A DNA stretch of 64,000 bases from Myxococcota bacterium. Lineage in GTDB: Bacteria > Myxococcota_A > UBA796 > UBA2385. Below, in pieces: positions 26,486 through 37,386 of the stretch (its first letter is position 1; every line of letters begins with the position of its first letter). Both the position numbers and the translations under genes were made by a program. The stretch is taken from positions 75,396 through 139,395 of the forward strand of contig JBIJDH010000023.1 of assembly GCA_044344255.1 (NCBI GenBank), in the 5' to 3' direction. Below the pieces are notes generated by a model, which saw only the letters and a program-made list of their open reading frames with translations, had not been told where the DNA came from and searched no databases.

Positions 26486-26539
26486 CCAGCACCACGCAGG
26501 TGGCGGACCTCGGTGGGCTTCCGGGCGGTGTCTGTCCGC

Positions 26540-27703
26540 TCACCGCACGAGCTCCAGGGCCCCCGCGATGCGCTCCAGGCGCGCCGCCACGGCCCCCACG
26601 CTCGTGTCGGGGCCGCCGAGCTCGGCGATGGAGTGGAGCGTGCCTCGGATGTCGCCCTTGCTGGCGGCGGCCACCCCCTCGGCGATGGTGCGCACCTTGG
26701 TGTCCTTCGGCGCGAGGCCGGCGAGGCCGTCGAGGGTGCGGGGCAGGTCTCCGGTGGCCACGCCGCGGGCGACGTTGACGGCGGCGCCGACGACGCCGAG
26801 CTGCTCCTCGATGGCCTCCTGGACCTTCTTGGGGTCGGGCACCTGATAGACCACGCCGAAGTCGGCGGGCGTCGGCTGGCGGTGGGTGGAGAGCCACTCG
26901 GCGGCGGCGGCGCCGGCGGCGGCGATCTCCCCGTCGAGGGCCTCGGGGAGGCCGGGCCGCTCGGCGTGGTTGGCGAGGGCCAGCAGCGCGAGGATCGCGG
27001 CCTGCTCGGCGCGGACGCGGCGGATGTCGCCGTCGATCAGGGAGAGGGCGTGGTTCGTGTCGGCGAGGGTCTCTTCGGCGGGGCGGGTGGGGTCAAACCA
27101 GTCGGCCGCTTGGCCCGCCTGGACCTGCTGCTGGAGGACCGTGAGCGCGAAGGCGTGCTTCGTGAGGGTGGCCGCCTCGGCGTCGAGGCCGGTGAGCACG
27201 CGGGTGAGCCCGTACCAGGCCCCCTGCCCCGCCTCCACCTCGGCGGCGGGGACGCCGGTGGCCGCGGAGACGGCGGCGGCGGCCCCGTGCCAGGCGGCCT
27301 CGGAGGTGCCCTGCTTGCCCGGGACGCGAATGGCCTTGCCCTTCTTGGGGGTGACCACGAGGTCAATGGCATAGGCCTGAATGCCCTGGCCGCCTGGATA
27401 GGTGGAGGGCGCGAGGCGGGGGAGGGCGCCGGCGGTGACGAGGCGCTTCAGGAGGGGCACGCCGTCGCGGCGGAGGCGCTCCGCGGCCCGCACGAGCTCG
27501 GTCGCGTTGCCCATCGCGAAGGCGTAGACGAAGGACCAGCTCTGGAAGGCGTGGACGTGCGAGCCCGCGGAGTAGCCCACCCGCAGCGACTCCTTCAAGG
27601 CGGAGGTGTCGGGGAGGAGCGGGCAGCCGGCGAGCAGGGTGGCGCTCGAGAGGGCGGCGGTGGCGGTCAGGCTGTCCAAGAGGAAGGAGCGGCGGTTTCG
27701 CAT
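26540..27703 (-). CDS. Hypothetical Tat-exported lipoprotein
   Basis: NRRSFLL twin-arginine motif and LLAGC lipobox; helical Ala-rich body. Confidence 0.75.
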   Translation of the reverse strand: MRNRRSFLLDSLTATAALSSATLLAGCPLLPDTSALKESLRVGYSAGSHVHAFQSWSFVYAFAMGNATELVRAAERLRRDGVPLLKRLVTAGALPRLAPSTYPGGQGIQAYAIDLVVTPKKGKAIRVPGKQGTSEAAWHGAAAAVSAATGVPAAEVEAGQGAWYGLTRVLTGLDAEAATLTKHAFALTVLQQQVQAGQAADWFDPTRPAEETLADTNHALSLIDGDIRRVRAEQAAILALLALANHAERPGLPEALDGEIAAAGAAAAEWLSTHRQPTPADFGVVYQVPDPKKVQEAIEEQLGVVGAAVNVARGVATGDLPRTLDGLAGLAPKDTKVRTIAEGVAAASKGDIRGTLHSIAELGGPDTSVGAVAARLERIAGALELVR

Positions 27704-27751
27704 GCGCCCGCCTAACCGCCGCGCACGGCGCCGGGTTTCCGGGCGCAGCGA

Positions 27752-28357
27752 TCAGCCCGGGGGGCGGTGCGAGGACCGCTCTTCGAGGCTGAGGACCCGG
27801 GCGGTGACCCGGGGCTGGCCGGTGGAGGGGTCGAAGAAGGGGGAGGGCTGGTGGCGGCCGCCGAAGAGCCCGCGCAGCATCAGGCCGCCGGTCTGCCAGA
27901 GGGTGGAGAGGGGGACGGTGTCGTGCGCGCCGGGGGGCTTGCCGCCGATGGCGAAGCGGCCTTGGATGCCGACGGCCGGGCCGACGGCCTCTCGCAGCGC
28001 CTCCGGGGAGAGGGCGATGAAGGCGGTCACGACGCCGGCGAAGGGCATGCGCGGATTTCCGAGGGTGTTGGCCACCGGCGTTTGGCAGCAGGCGGAGTGC
28101 CAGCGAAAGAGGCCCTTGGGGCTCAGGCGCATCAGCCCGAGCTGCTCGGCCCCCGCCTCGAGGCGGATGGCGGCGGGGCTGGTCTGGAAGATGTCGGTGC
28201 CGCCGTGGGCGTCGAGCAGCCCGGCTGGACCGAGGGCCCGCGCGTAGGTCTGGCAGTCGTCGCAGTAGCAGACGACGTGGATGCCAGCGGGGGGGTGCTG
28301 GAGGCTGCCGCGGAGGGCGCCGCAGCGACACGAGAGGGGGAGGGTGGGTTGGGACAT
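27752..28357 (-). CDS. DUF6151/GFA-like zinc-binding protein
   Basis: LSCRCG, CYCDDCQ, GGTDIFQ, RLSPKGLFRW...CC.TPVANT. Confidence 0.8.
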   Translation of the reverse strand: MSQPTLPLSCRCGALRGSLQHPPAGIHVVCYCDDCQTYARALGPAGLLDAHGGTDIFQTSPAAIRLEAGAEQLGLMRLSPKGLFRWHSACCQTPVANTLGNPRMPFAGVVTAFIALSPEALREAVGPAVGIQGRFAIGGKPPGAHDTVPLSTLWQTGGLMLRGLFGGRHQPSPFFDPSTGQPRVTARVLSLEERSSHRPPG

Positions 28358-28366
28358 GCCGGCAGC

Positions 28367-29038
28367 CTATCCCGCCTCCGGCTCACCCCGCCGTCCTGTC
28401 CCCGGCCGGTCTGTCGCGAGGTCTGCGGGGGTCAGCGCACCCTCGGGGTCGAGGCGCCAGGTGCGGTGGAGCGGGGCGCGGGTGCGCACGGCGGCGTGAA
28501 CAGACTGCAGAGCGGTGGCCGCGGCGGCGCGGGCGGCGGCGTTGTCGGCCTCCACCTGGGCGGCGAGGCGGGAGAGGGCCTCGGCGCGGTTGTCGCGCTG
28601 GCTGCGCTGGCCGGCGGCGCGGACGGCGCGCCCGGAGTCGGGATCGACGGCGCGCACGGCGGTGGAGCGCTTGTTCACGTTCTGGCCGCCCGGGCCGCCC
28701 GCGCGGGTGGCGGTGATCTGCACCGCCTCTGGCCGCAGCCGGTGCTCTGCGGGGGGCTCGACCCGGGTGACCGACACGAACCACCGCTTTCGTTGGCCGC
28801 GGCCCCGAAGGGGCGCCACCAGGGCGTGGGTGCCGAGCCAGTCGCTCGCCTCCGCGCCCGGGGGCAGGGGCAGGCGCACGGAGGTGGGGGCCGGGTCGGC
28901 GAGGTCGAGGGCGAGGCCGAGCGCGGCGGCGACGTGTCGGGCGAGGAGGGCCACGAAGCGGCGGACCTCGATCGGGCCGCGGCCGGCGCTGAAGAGGAGA
29001 GAAGGGCCGCTGTTCATCGGAGCGTCCGGGGGCTTCAT
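28367..29038 (-). CDS. prfH: Peptide chain release factor homolog PrfH
   Basis: SAGRGPxE, RKRWF, RAGGPGGQNVNK (GGQ), RSQ..N; ATGA-coupled to an RtcB gene. Confidence 0.82.
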   Translation of the reverse strand: MKPPDAPMNSGPSLLFSAGRGPIEVRRFVALLARHVAAALGLALDLADPAPTSVRLPLPPGAEASDWLGTHALVAPLRGRGQRKRWFVSVTRVEPPAEHRLRPEAVQITATRAGGPGGQNVNKRSTAVRAVDPDSGRAVRAAGQRSQRDNRAEALSRLAAQVEADNAAARAAAATALQSVHAAVRTRAPLHRTWRLDPEGALTPADLATDRPGTGRRGEPEAG

Positions 29039-30249
29039 CGTTTCACCGTGAGGACGGGCCGCAGGGCGGCCACGCGGGCGGCGGCGCCGAAGGAGACCAG
29101 GGCATCGACGACGGGCTCGACGTCCTTGTAGGCGTCGGGGTGCTCTTCGTAGAGGAGGGCAGGGTCGTCACAGATCACCCGGCCGCCGAGGGCGGTGCGC
29201 TGCAGCGAGGCGCGGGTGTGGCGGGCCTTGACCTTGGCGCTGGCCTCGGTGCGGGTCATCTTTCGGCCAGCGCCGTGGGCCACCGAGGAGAGGGCGCCCG
29301 GATGGCCGAGGCCGCGCATCACCCAGGAGTGGGCGCCGCGGCTGCCGAGGACGACGGTGAGCTGGTCGGCCTCGGCGGGGGCGCAGCCCTTCCGGTGAAG
29401 GTAGGCGGGCTGTCCATCGAGCGTGATCGGCACCACGGTGTTGTGGACGAGGTCGAAGCCGCCCCCGATCTTGCTGCTGCGGGCCGCCCCCAAGGCCGTG
29501 AGCATCTGCCAGGCGAGGAGGAGGCGGTTCGCGCGGGCGTATCGAACGGCGCCGCGCAGCTCGGCCCTCCAGGCGTCGATGGCCGGGCCCTGGAGCTCAT
29601 CGTCGCTCCAGCGCGCGGCCAGCGCCGCGCCGAGGCCGCGGGAGCCCGAGTGGGCGAGGACCGCCATCCCGCCAGCGACGAGGCCGGCCCGGGCTGCGGC
29701 GGCCTTGTCGAGCACCCGCTCGACGAGGCTCGCCTCCAGGAAGTGGTTGCCTCCGCCGGTGGTGCCGAGCGCGCGGCCGAAGGCCTCCGCGTCGAAGGTC
29801 GCCGGGAAGGGGGCGCTCGGGGGCTCGTCGTCGTCGGGCTCGGCGGCGCAGCGCTCGGCCAGGGCCTCGGGCAGGCCCTCGAGCGTGAGGAGGCCGCGGG
29901 GGCCGGCTTCCCAGGCGGCCTGGCAGAGCGCGGCCGGGGAGAGGTCGGGCAGGACGGGGCCCAGGGTGGCCTCGCGGGCCCGGCGCTCGAGGGCGTCTCC
30001 GCTCATCGAGACCTTGGGCAGGCCGATCAGGCGGGCGCCGCAGCCGGCGTCGCCGCCGATCAGCCGCGGCCGGACGCGGTCGGCGAAGGCGACGGCGACG
30101 CCGATGGGGGCGTGCAGTCCGGCGTGCAGGTCGGGCATCCCGACCGCGCAGAGGCAGCCGGGGAGGGTGGTGAGGCGATCGAGCTGACGGAGGGCCTCGC
30201 CCTCCATCCAGACCGCGGGGCCGCTGATCAGGGTGGCGTGTGTTTCCAT
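29035..30249 (-). CDS. rtcB: RtcB family RNA ligase (PrfH-coupled RtcB2 type)
   Basis: GMPDLH, GGDAGCG, GGGNHFLE, HSGSRG, HN, HRKG, HGAGR, EEHPDAYK. Confidence 0.9.
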   Translation of the reverse strand: METHATLISGPAVWMEGEALRQLDRLTTLPGCLCAVGMPDLHAGLHAPIGVAVAFADRVRPRLIGGDAGCGARLIGLPKVSMSGDALERRAREATLGPVLPDLSPAALCQAAWEAGPRGLLTLEGLPEALAERCAAEPDDDEPPSAPFPATFDAEAFGRALGTTGGGNHFLEASLVERVLDKAAAARAGLVAGGMAVLAHSGSRGLGAALAARWSDDELQGPAIDAWRAELRGAVRYARANRLLLAWQMLTALGAARSSKIGGGFDLVHNTVVPITLDGQPAYLHRKGCAPAEADQLTVVLGSRGAHSWVMRGLGHPGALSSVAHGAGRKMTRTEASAKVKARHTRASLQRTALGGRVICDDPALLYEEHPDAYKDVEPVVDALVSFGAAARVAALRPVLTVKR

Positions 30250-30261
30250 GCCGAACCTTGT

Positions 30262-30277
30262 TGCAGGCTCCATGCCA
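30262..30277 (-). promoter_or_regulatory. Sigma-54 promoter for rtcB-prfH
   Basis: TGGCATGGAGCCTGCA with GG-N10-GC spacing, between rtcB and the divergent activator. Confidence 0.72.
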
Positions 30278-30354
30278 GCCCTGTTCATGGGCGCTCTCGA
30301 CGAGCGGTGGTGCGGTGCGCACCAGGGATCGGCGGTGCGTATTACACCAGCCCG

Positions 30355-31854
<1,500 letters not shown>

Positions 31855-31882
31855 TGCTCCGCCACGACCACCCGGCGTCAGA

Positions 31883-34800
31883 CTACAAACCATGGCCATA
31901 AAAAACGAAGGTGGCCCCGGCGCCTGTCCCCGCGGTTGAGTCCCCCGGGGCCCCCAGCAGCACGTCGGCATACCCGTTCCCATCAAAGTCGGCTCCCCGA
32001 CCGATAAAGTCGGCACAGTCGTCCGTCGCGCTGTCGGGCTCGAATCGGGCATCGGCCCCGCTGGCGGTCACGGTTCCCGACAGGGGCATTCGATAGAGAT
32101 AGATGGCGCCTGAATTCAGGGCCCCGCCCCCGGCGGCGCCGATCAGGAGGTCCTCCACACCGTCCCCATCTACATCTCCGGCGGACTCCACATCCGAGCC
32201 GAAACGGTCCCCCGAAGAGGTGCCGGTGATGCGGATATCCGCCGTGCTGGAGGGGGTACCGGTGGAGGTGGGCAGGCTCGTCCAGATATAGACCACCCCC
32301 GTATCGGCGACGCTACCATTATTGTACCCACGCACACCGATGGCGAGGTCGTCCCGACCGTCTCCGTCGAGGTCGCCGGGGATACGGATGCCCGAGGCGA
32401 AGTGGTCGGCGGAGGCGCCGCCCGTGACGAGGGCGGTGGCGGCAGCGTCCACGACAAAGGAGCCGCTGAGCCCGGCCGGTACGATGTAAGCGAGGCCGAG
32501 GCCCGTGGTGGTCGCGCCATCTCCCCCCACGACCAGCTCCGAGAGGCCGTCCCCATCGAGGTCCCCGGCGGCGACCTCCTCCCCGAGCTCATCGCCCGTG
32601 GTCACCCCTTGCAGGATGAGGGCGGCGGTGCCGAGGTCTTGCACCCCGTAGATGGGCCCCTCGACGAGGTAGGCCGCCCCTTTGCTGGTGCCGCCAATAT
32701 AGGTGCCCGAGGCCCCGACGAGCACGTCGGGCAGGCCGTCTCCGGTGTAATCTTCCACCCACTGAGTGGCCGAGCCGGCCTCAGCGGAGCCGGTTTGCCC
32801 GAGGAGGATGGCGTCGGCAGCGCCCGCGTCTACGTCGCCCGAGATGCCGGTCCCGCCATAAAAGAGGTAGGTGGCGCTCCAGTTCGTGCCACCGCGGTCG
32901 TTGTAACGGGCGGCGATCCAGAGGTCACCGTATAGGTCACCGTCGAGGTCGCCTGCAGAATCGACGGTCCAGCCGAGCTCGTCGTTGGCGCTCTCGCCCA
33001 GAAAGCGGACATCGGCGCTCGACAGGGAGCTGAGACCAACAGGGCCCCCATCGACCAGCCAGGCCGCCCCTGCCGAGGTCCCGGCGATATCGGAGCCTCT
33101 GCCCCCTACAAGCACCTCGCCGAAGCCGTCACCGTCAAAGTCGTCGATGCCGGCGAGGAAGAGGCCGGACTCGTCGGCGGCCGACTCTCCCATGAGCTTA
33201 GCGCCGTCGGACTGGAGCCCGCTATAGACCCCAGAGAGGGCGCAGCTGTTCTCGCTCCCATCACAGTCATTGTCGAGGAGATCGTCGCAGACCTCCACCT
33301 CGCTCGGGCTGGCGAGGTCGGTGCTGTCATCGCAGTCCCGGTCATTTGACACATACCCGCTCGGCTGTACACAGTCGACCTCGCTCACCGCAGGGTCGCC
33401 GTAGCCATCAAGGTCTACGTCCACATACCAGGTGGTGACATCGACCGCGCTGTCCTCGTCGATGCTCCCGTCGCAGTCATCGTCGATGAGGTTACAGCGC
33501 TCATCGGCCCCGGGGAAGACGGCGACGGCGTTGTCATCACAGTCATCGCTGGTGGCGGCATAACCGGAGGGCAGCGTACACTGCGTGGCGGTGGGGCTGG
33601 TGGAGCCGAAGCTGTCGCTGTCCACGTCGCGGTACCAGGTGGGGGCGTCAATGGCGTCGGCCTCGTCGATGTCTCCGAGGCAGTCGTCGTCGATTCCATT
33701 ACAGAGCTCATCGGCCAGCGGATGCACGCTGAGGAGGCTGTCATCGCAGTCGCCGCTGTCGGGGGCGTAGCCCGGGGGCTCCTCACAGGCGACGCGGGTG
33801 TCCGCGTCGAGACCATACCGGTCACCATCCCCATCGGCATACCACGTAGGGGCGTCGATGGCCTCGTCCTCGTCTACGTCGCCGTCGCAGTCGTCGTCGT
33901 ATCCGTTACAGTATTCAGACGCTCCCGGTTTGACGTTCTCGTCGCTGTCATCGCAGTCTTCGTGGTCGGTGACATAACCCTCGGGCTGCTCGCAGGCGAG
34001 GGTCTCGCCGCCGAGGTCGCCGAAGAGGTCGCCGTCCTCGTCGGGGTAATAGAGGTCGGCGTCGGTGGCCCCGTCATCGATGCTACCGTTACAGTCATCG
34101 TCTGTGTCATTACAGACCTCGGTGCCCCCCGGATGGACCGCGGCGTTCCCGTCGTCGCAGTCATCTCCACCGACCAGCTCGTTTACGAAGCCGTCTCCGT
34201 CTACGTCAGACTCCGTGACCTCGAAGTGCAGGAGGGCCTCGGCCGTGCCCCCGGCGAGGTCGGTGGCCTCCAGCTCGATAGACCAGCTGCCGATGACCGG
34301 CTCCTCCCAGGAGAAGGCCAGCTCGCCGTCGGGCTCGAAGCGGTCCGGCGGCACGAGGCCGTCCGGGAGGCCAGACCAGGACAGCAGCAGCTCATCGGCG
34401 CTGTCTTCGGCGTCCTGCCCCTCCAGGCTGAACAGGAGGGGCTCGTGATTGCCCACCACCGCCCCCTCTTCGGGGCTCAACCAGGAGAGGACAGGCGCCT
34501 CATTCGGTAACACCTCGATCTCCAGCTCATCCTGCCCGGACGCGGCCTCGGGATCGACCACCTCCACGCTCAGCGTGATGAGCCCCGCGGCGAGGCCGTC
34601 TTCCACATCGTAGATGACGTGGTCATCCTCGATGAACATCTCCCCATCGAGGTTCCCACCGGGGTTCACCCGCCAGTAGAAGTCGAGGAGGTTGATGTCG
34701 GTCTCGTCCTCCACCGACACCCAGAGGCTCAGGCTCTGCCCCTCCACCAGGACATCTCCCTCGGAGGGCGAGGTGATCACCACGCCGGGAGGGTCGTTTC

Positions 34801-34972
34801 GTTTTCCCAAGGTCGCGTCGCTGCAAGCGGCCAGCAGCGGGAGGGAGACGGACATCCAGAGGAGGGACCGCCGGAGGCGAGACCCCCGGAGGCGGGACCC
34901 CCGGAGGCGGGACCCCCGGAGGCGGGACCCCCGAGAAGGCGAGGCGGCGCTCGGGGAGGTGAAGCGGGGCAT
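31883..34972 (-). CDS. Large lipoprotein: Ig/PKD-like domains, MopE-like repeats, FG-GAP repeats
   Basis: Lipobox LAAC; NDPP..ITSP and NEAP..SP Ig-like starts; WY.D.DGD..G and CDD..C repeats; GDLDGD..GA repeats. Confidence 0.85.
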   Translation of the reverse strand: MPRFTSPSAASPSRGSRLRGSRLRGSRLRGSRLRRSLLWMSVSLPLLAACSDATLGKRNDPPGVVITSPSEGDVLVEGQSLSLWVSVEDETDINLLDFYWRVNPGGNLDGEMFIEDDHVIYDVEDGLAAGLITLSVEVVDPEAASGQDELEIEVLPNEAPVLSWLSPEEGAVVGNHEPLLFSLEGQDAEDSADELLLSWSGLPDGLVPPDRFEPDGELAFSWEEPVIGSWSIELEATDLAGGTAEALLHFEVTESDVDGDGFVNELVGGDDCDDGNAAVHPGGTEVCNDTDDDCNGSIDDGATDADLYYPDEDGDLFGDLGGETLACEQPEGYVTDHEDCDDSDENVKPGASEYCNGYDDDCDGDVDEDEAIDAPTWYADGDGDRYGLDADTRVACEEPPGYAPDSGDCDDSLLSVHPLADELCNGIDDDCLGDIDEADAIDAPTWYRDVDSDSFGSTSPTATQCTLPSGYAATSDDCDDNAVAVFPGADERCNLIDDDCDGSIDEDSAVDVTTWYVDVDLDGYGDPAVSEVDCVQPSGYVSNDRDCDDSTDLASPSEVEVCDDLLDNDCDGSENSCALSGVYSGLQSDGAKLMGESAADESGLFLAGIDDFDGDGFGEVLVGGRGSDIAGTSAGAAWLVDGGPVGLSSLSSADVRFLGESANDELGWTVDSAGDLDGDLYGDLWIAARYNDRGGTNWSATYLFYGGTGISGDVDAGAADAILLGQTGSAEAGSATQWVEDYTGDGLPDVLVGASGTYIGGTSKGAAYLVEGPIYGVQDLGTAALILQGVTTGDELGEEVAAGDLDGDGLSELVVGGDGATTTGLGLAYIVPAGLSGSFVVDAAATALVTGGASADHFASGIRIPGDLDGDGRDDLAIGVRGYNNGSVADTGVVYIWTSLPTSTGTPSSTADIRITGTSSGDRFGSDVESAGDVDGDGVEDLLIGAAGGGALNSGAIYLYRMPLSGTVTASGADARFEPDSATDDCADFIGRGADFDGNGYADVLLGAPGDSTAGTGAGATFVFYGHGL
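34866..34933. repeat. 15-bp tandem repeat (GACCCCCGGAGGCGG) x about 4.5, encoding GSRLR in a signal peptide
   Basis: Read directly from sequence. Confidence 0.85.
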
Positions 34973-35264
34973 GGGCGGGCTCCAGGGGGAGCCTGTACTC
35001 CTCAGGACGACCTGGGGAGGCTACACGGCGGCCACCGACTTGTGCAAGTGCTTGGCACCGGCTTGCAGGCCCTGCGAGGCCTCGAGCTGGGTTGAAACTG
35101 GGGAAGAGGCGAGGTTCTACTCTCCGGCCTCGCGTGCATCTTGGGCGACACGATCCGGGAGGCCTGGCGGCCGCCTTGCCATGGCGGGGCCCGCGGAGGG
35201 GCGGATAGTCAGGCCTTGTCATGGCGCGCGTGTCACGCGGCGGGCCTTCGAAGGAGCGACGGGC

Positions 35265-35855
35265 ATGGTGGAGATCGTGATCGCTGACCTGACCGATCCG
35301 CGGGTGCTCGCCTTGCTCGGCGAGCACCTCGCCGAGATGCGCGCCAGCTCCCCGCCCGAGGCGGTCTTTGCCCTCGATCTGGACGGCCTTCGTCGGCCGG
35401 AGCTCCGGCTGTGGACAGCCTGGGAGGGCGAGCAGGTGGTGGCCTGCGGCGCCCTTCGCGAGATCGGCCCCCAGACGGGCGAGATCAAGTCGATGCGCAC
35501 GGCGCGGGCCCACCAGGGGCGGGGCCTGGGCAAGGCCATGCTGGCGCACCTGCTCACTGAGGCGCGGCGCCGCGGCTACGACAAGGTCCTCTTGGAGACC
35601 GGCTCGGGGCCGGTCTTTGCGGCGGCCCTTGGGCTCTATACCTCGGCGGGCTTTGTGTCGTGTGGGCCCTTTCCTCCCTATGCGCCCAGCTCGTTCAACC
35701 GTTTCTTCAGCCTGACCCTGCGCCCCGCCTATCCCGCTCCTGGGCAGGGCTATGATGGCGGCGATGCGCGCCCTCCTGCTCAGCCTCCTCTCCACCGCCG
35801 CCTGCGCCGATCCAGAGGTCTGCCGCCTGCCCGCGGGCGAGGCGCTCTCCGGTGA
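35265..35855 (+). CDS. GNAT family N-acetyltransferase (YsnE-like)
   Basis: AAGGAG RBS; HLAEM..SPPE..ALD, GEIKSMRT, QGRGLG, LETGS, LY..GF. Confidence 0.85.
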   Translation: MVEIVIADLTDPRVLALLGEHLAEMRASSPPEAVFALDLDGLRRPELRLWTAWEGEQVVACGALREIGPQTGEIKSMRTARAHQGRGLGKAMLAHLLTEARRRGYDKVLLETGSGPVFAAALGLYTSAGFVSCGPFPPYAPSSFNRFFSLTLRPAYPAPGQGYDGGDARPPAQPPLHRRLRRSRGLPPARGRGALR

Positions 35856-37362
35856 CAGCGCTGCGGGCGGCGACAGCGGGGAGGGCGCGGCGTGCCCGCT
35901 GCCCGACATGACGCTCGTGGGCTCCTGGGAGCAGGCGGAGCTCCCGGCCCGGGCCGACACCAAGCACACCATGCAGGGCGTGGCCCTCGGAGACCTCGAC
36001 GGCGACGGCTGGCTCGACGCCCTCGTCGCCTGGGGCGGCGGCAGCTTCGGCCTGCGGAACGACGGCGCGGGGGCCCTCGTGATCGACGAGGCGATCACCG
36101 GCGCCGAGGGCCCCCTGTCCCCCGCGATCGCCGTCGCCCTCGCGGACCTCGACGGGGACGGCGATCTCGACGGCATGCTCGGCGGCTGGACCGACCTGGT
36201 CGAGGTGCTGTGGAACGACGGCGCAGGGCGCTTCACCGTCGAGCCGGTGGCCGACACCCTGGTCGACACCTTCTCTATCGGCTTCGGGGACGCCGATGGG
36301 GACGGTGACCTCGACGCCTTCGTCTCCGCGGCGAGCGACCACATGAACTTCGAGGAGATCTCGACCGGCCTCCTCGTGGGGGACCCGAACCTCCTCCTCC
36401 TCCAGGACGCGGCCCACCACTTCGCCGTCGCCGCCGGGGCGCTCCCGGAGGACACGCTCGACGGCATGACCCTGCACACCGCCTGGCTCGACGCCGAGGG
36501 GGACGGCGACCTCGACCTCTACGTCGGCAATGACGCCGGCCCCTACATCGATCCCAACCTCCTGCTCGAGAATGACGGCGCCGGCCACTTCAGCCGCCGG
36601 AGCGACTGCGGCTGTGAGGTCGCGATGTTCACGATGGGGGTGGGTGTCGGCGACGCGAACCAGGACGGCCTGCCCGACCTCTTCGCCACTGACGTCGGCC
36701 CGCCGGCGCTGCTCCAGAACCTGGGCGGGATGGCCTTCGCCGACGTCACCCTCGCGAGCGGCGCCAACATCCCGGCCAGCCCCGAGAGCATGGTGAGCTG
36801 GGGCACCGCCTTCGTCGACCTCGACCAGGACATGGATCAGGACATCGTCGTCACCTTCGGACAGAGCGGCCAGAACTTTGACGCCGCCAGCGCCGAGGGG
36901 GAGGACGGGCCCACCCAGCCCGATCAGATCCTCCTCTCTGATGGGGTCGGCGGCTACAGCCGGGCCCCGGCCCCGGGCTTCCAGGACGGCGCCCGCACGC
37001 GCGCCATGGCCGTGGGAGACCTCGATCGGGACGGCGTGCCCGACCTCGTCACTACGGGAAAGTACTTCCTCCGCCAGTGGCGGGGCGTCGGGAGCTGCGC
37101 CCCCGGCGTCACCCTCCGCCTGTCGGGGTCGAACCTCGTCGGCGCCAAAGCGGAGGTGACCGTGGGAGGGGTGACCCGCTCCACCTGGCACCTGCCCTCG
37201 ACCGCCGCCTCCTCGAACGCCGATGAGCTCTATCTCGGCTTCGGGGGGGCCCCGACGGCGGAGTCTATCCGCCTCACCTGGCCCGGCGGCGCCGTGACCG
37301 AGCTCTTCGACGTCGCCGCGGGCGGGCTCATCGACCTCGCGCAGCCGAGCGGCGCCCGCTGA
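35764..37362 (+). CDS. CRTAC1-like FG-GAP lipoprotein with ASPIC/UnbV-like C-terminus
   Basis: Lipobox TAAC; GDLDGDG repeats, NDGAGxF, WG..F.D.D.D; C-terminal LYLGFG...WPGG. Confidence 0.85.
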   Translation: MRALLLSLLSTAACADPEVCRLPAGEALSGDSAAGGDSGEGAACPLPDMTLVGSWEQAELPARADTKHTMQGVALGDLDGDGWLDALVAWGGGSFGLRNDGAGALVIDEAITGAEGPLSPAIAVALADLDGDGDLDGMLGGWTDLVEVLWNDGAGRFTVEPVADTLVDTFSIGFGDADGDGDLDAFVSAASDHMNFEEISTGLLVGDPNLLLLQDAAHHFAVAAGALPEDTLDGMTLHTAWLDAEGDGDLDLYVGNDAGPYIDPNLLLENDGAGHFSRRSDCGCEVAMFTMGVGVGDANQDGLPDLFATDVGPPALLQNLGGMAFADVTLASGANIPASPESMVSWGTAFVDLDQDMDQDIVVTFGQSGQNFDAASAEGEDGPTQPDQILLSDGVGGYSRAPAPGFQDGARTRAMAVGDLDRDGVPDLVTTGKYFLRQWRGVGSCAPGVTLRLSGSNLVGAKAEVTVGGVTRSTWHLPSTAASSNADELYLGFGGAPTAESIRLTWPGGAVTELFDVAAGGLIDLAQPSGAR

Positions 37363-37386
37363 GGAGGGGGCTGAGGGGCGGGGCGC

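Noticed and set aside
35052..35067. Sigma-54 promoter TTGGCACCGGCTTGCA
   Set aside because: GG-to-GC spacing is 9 nt rather than the required 10.
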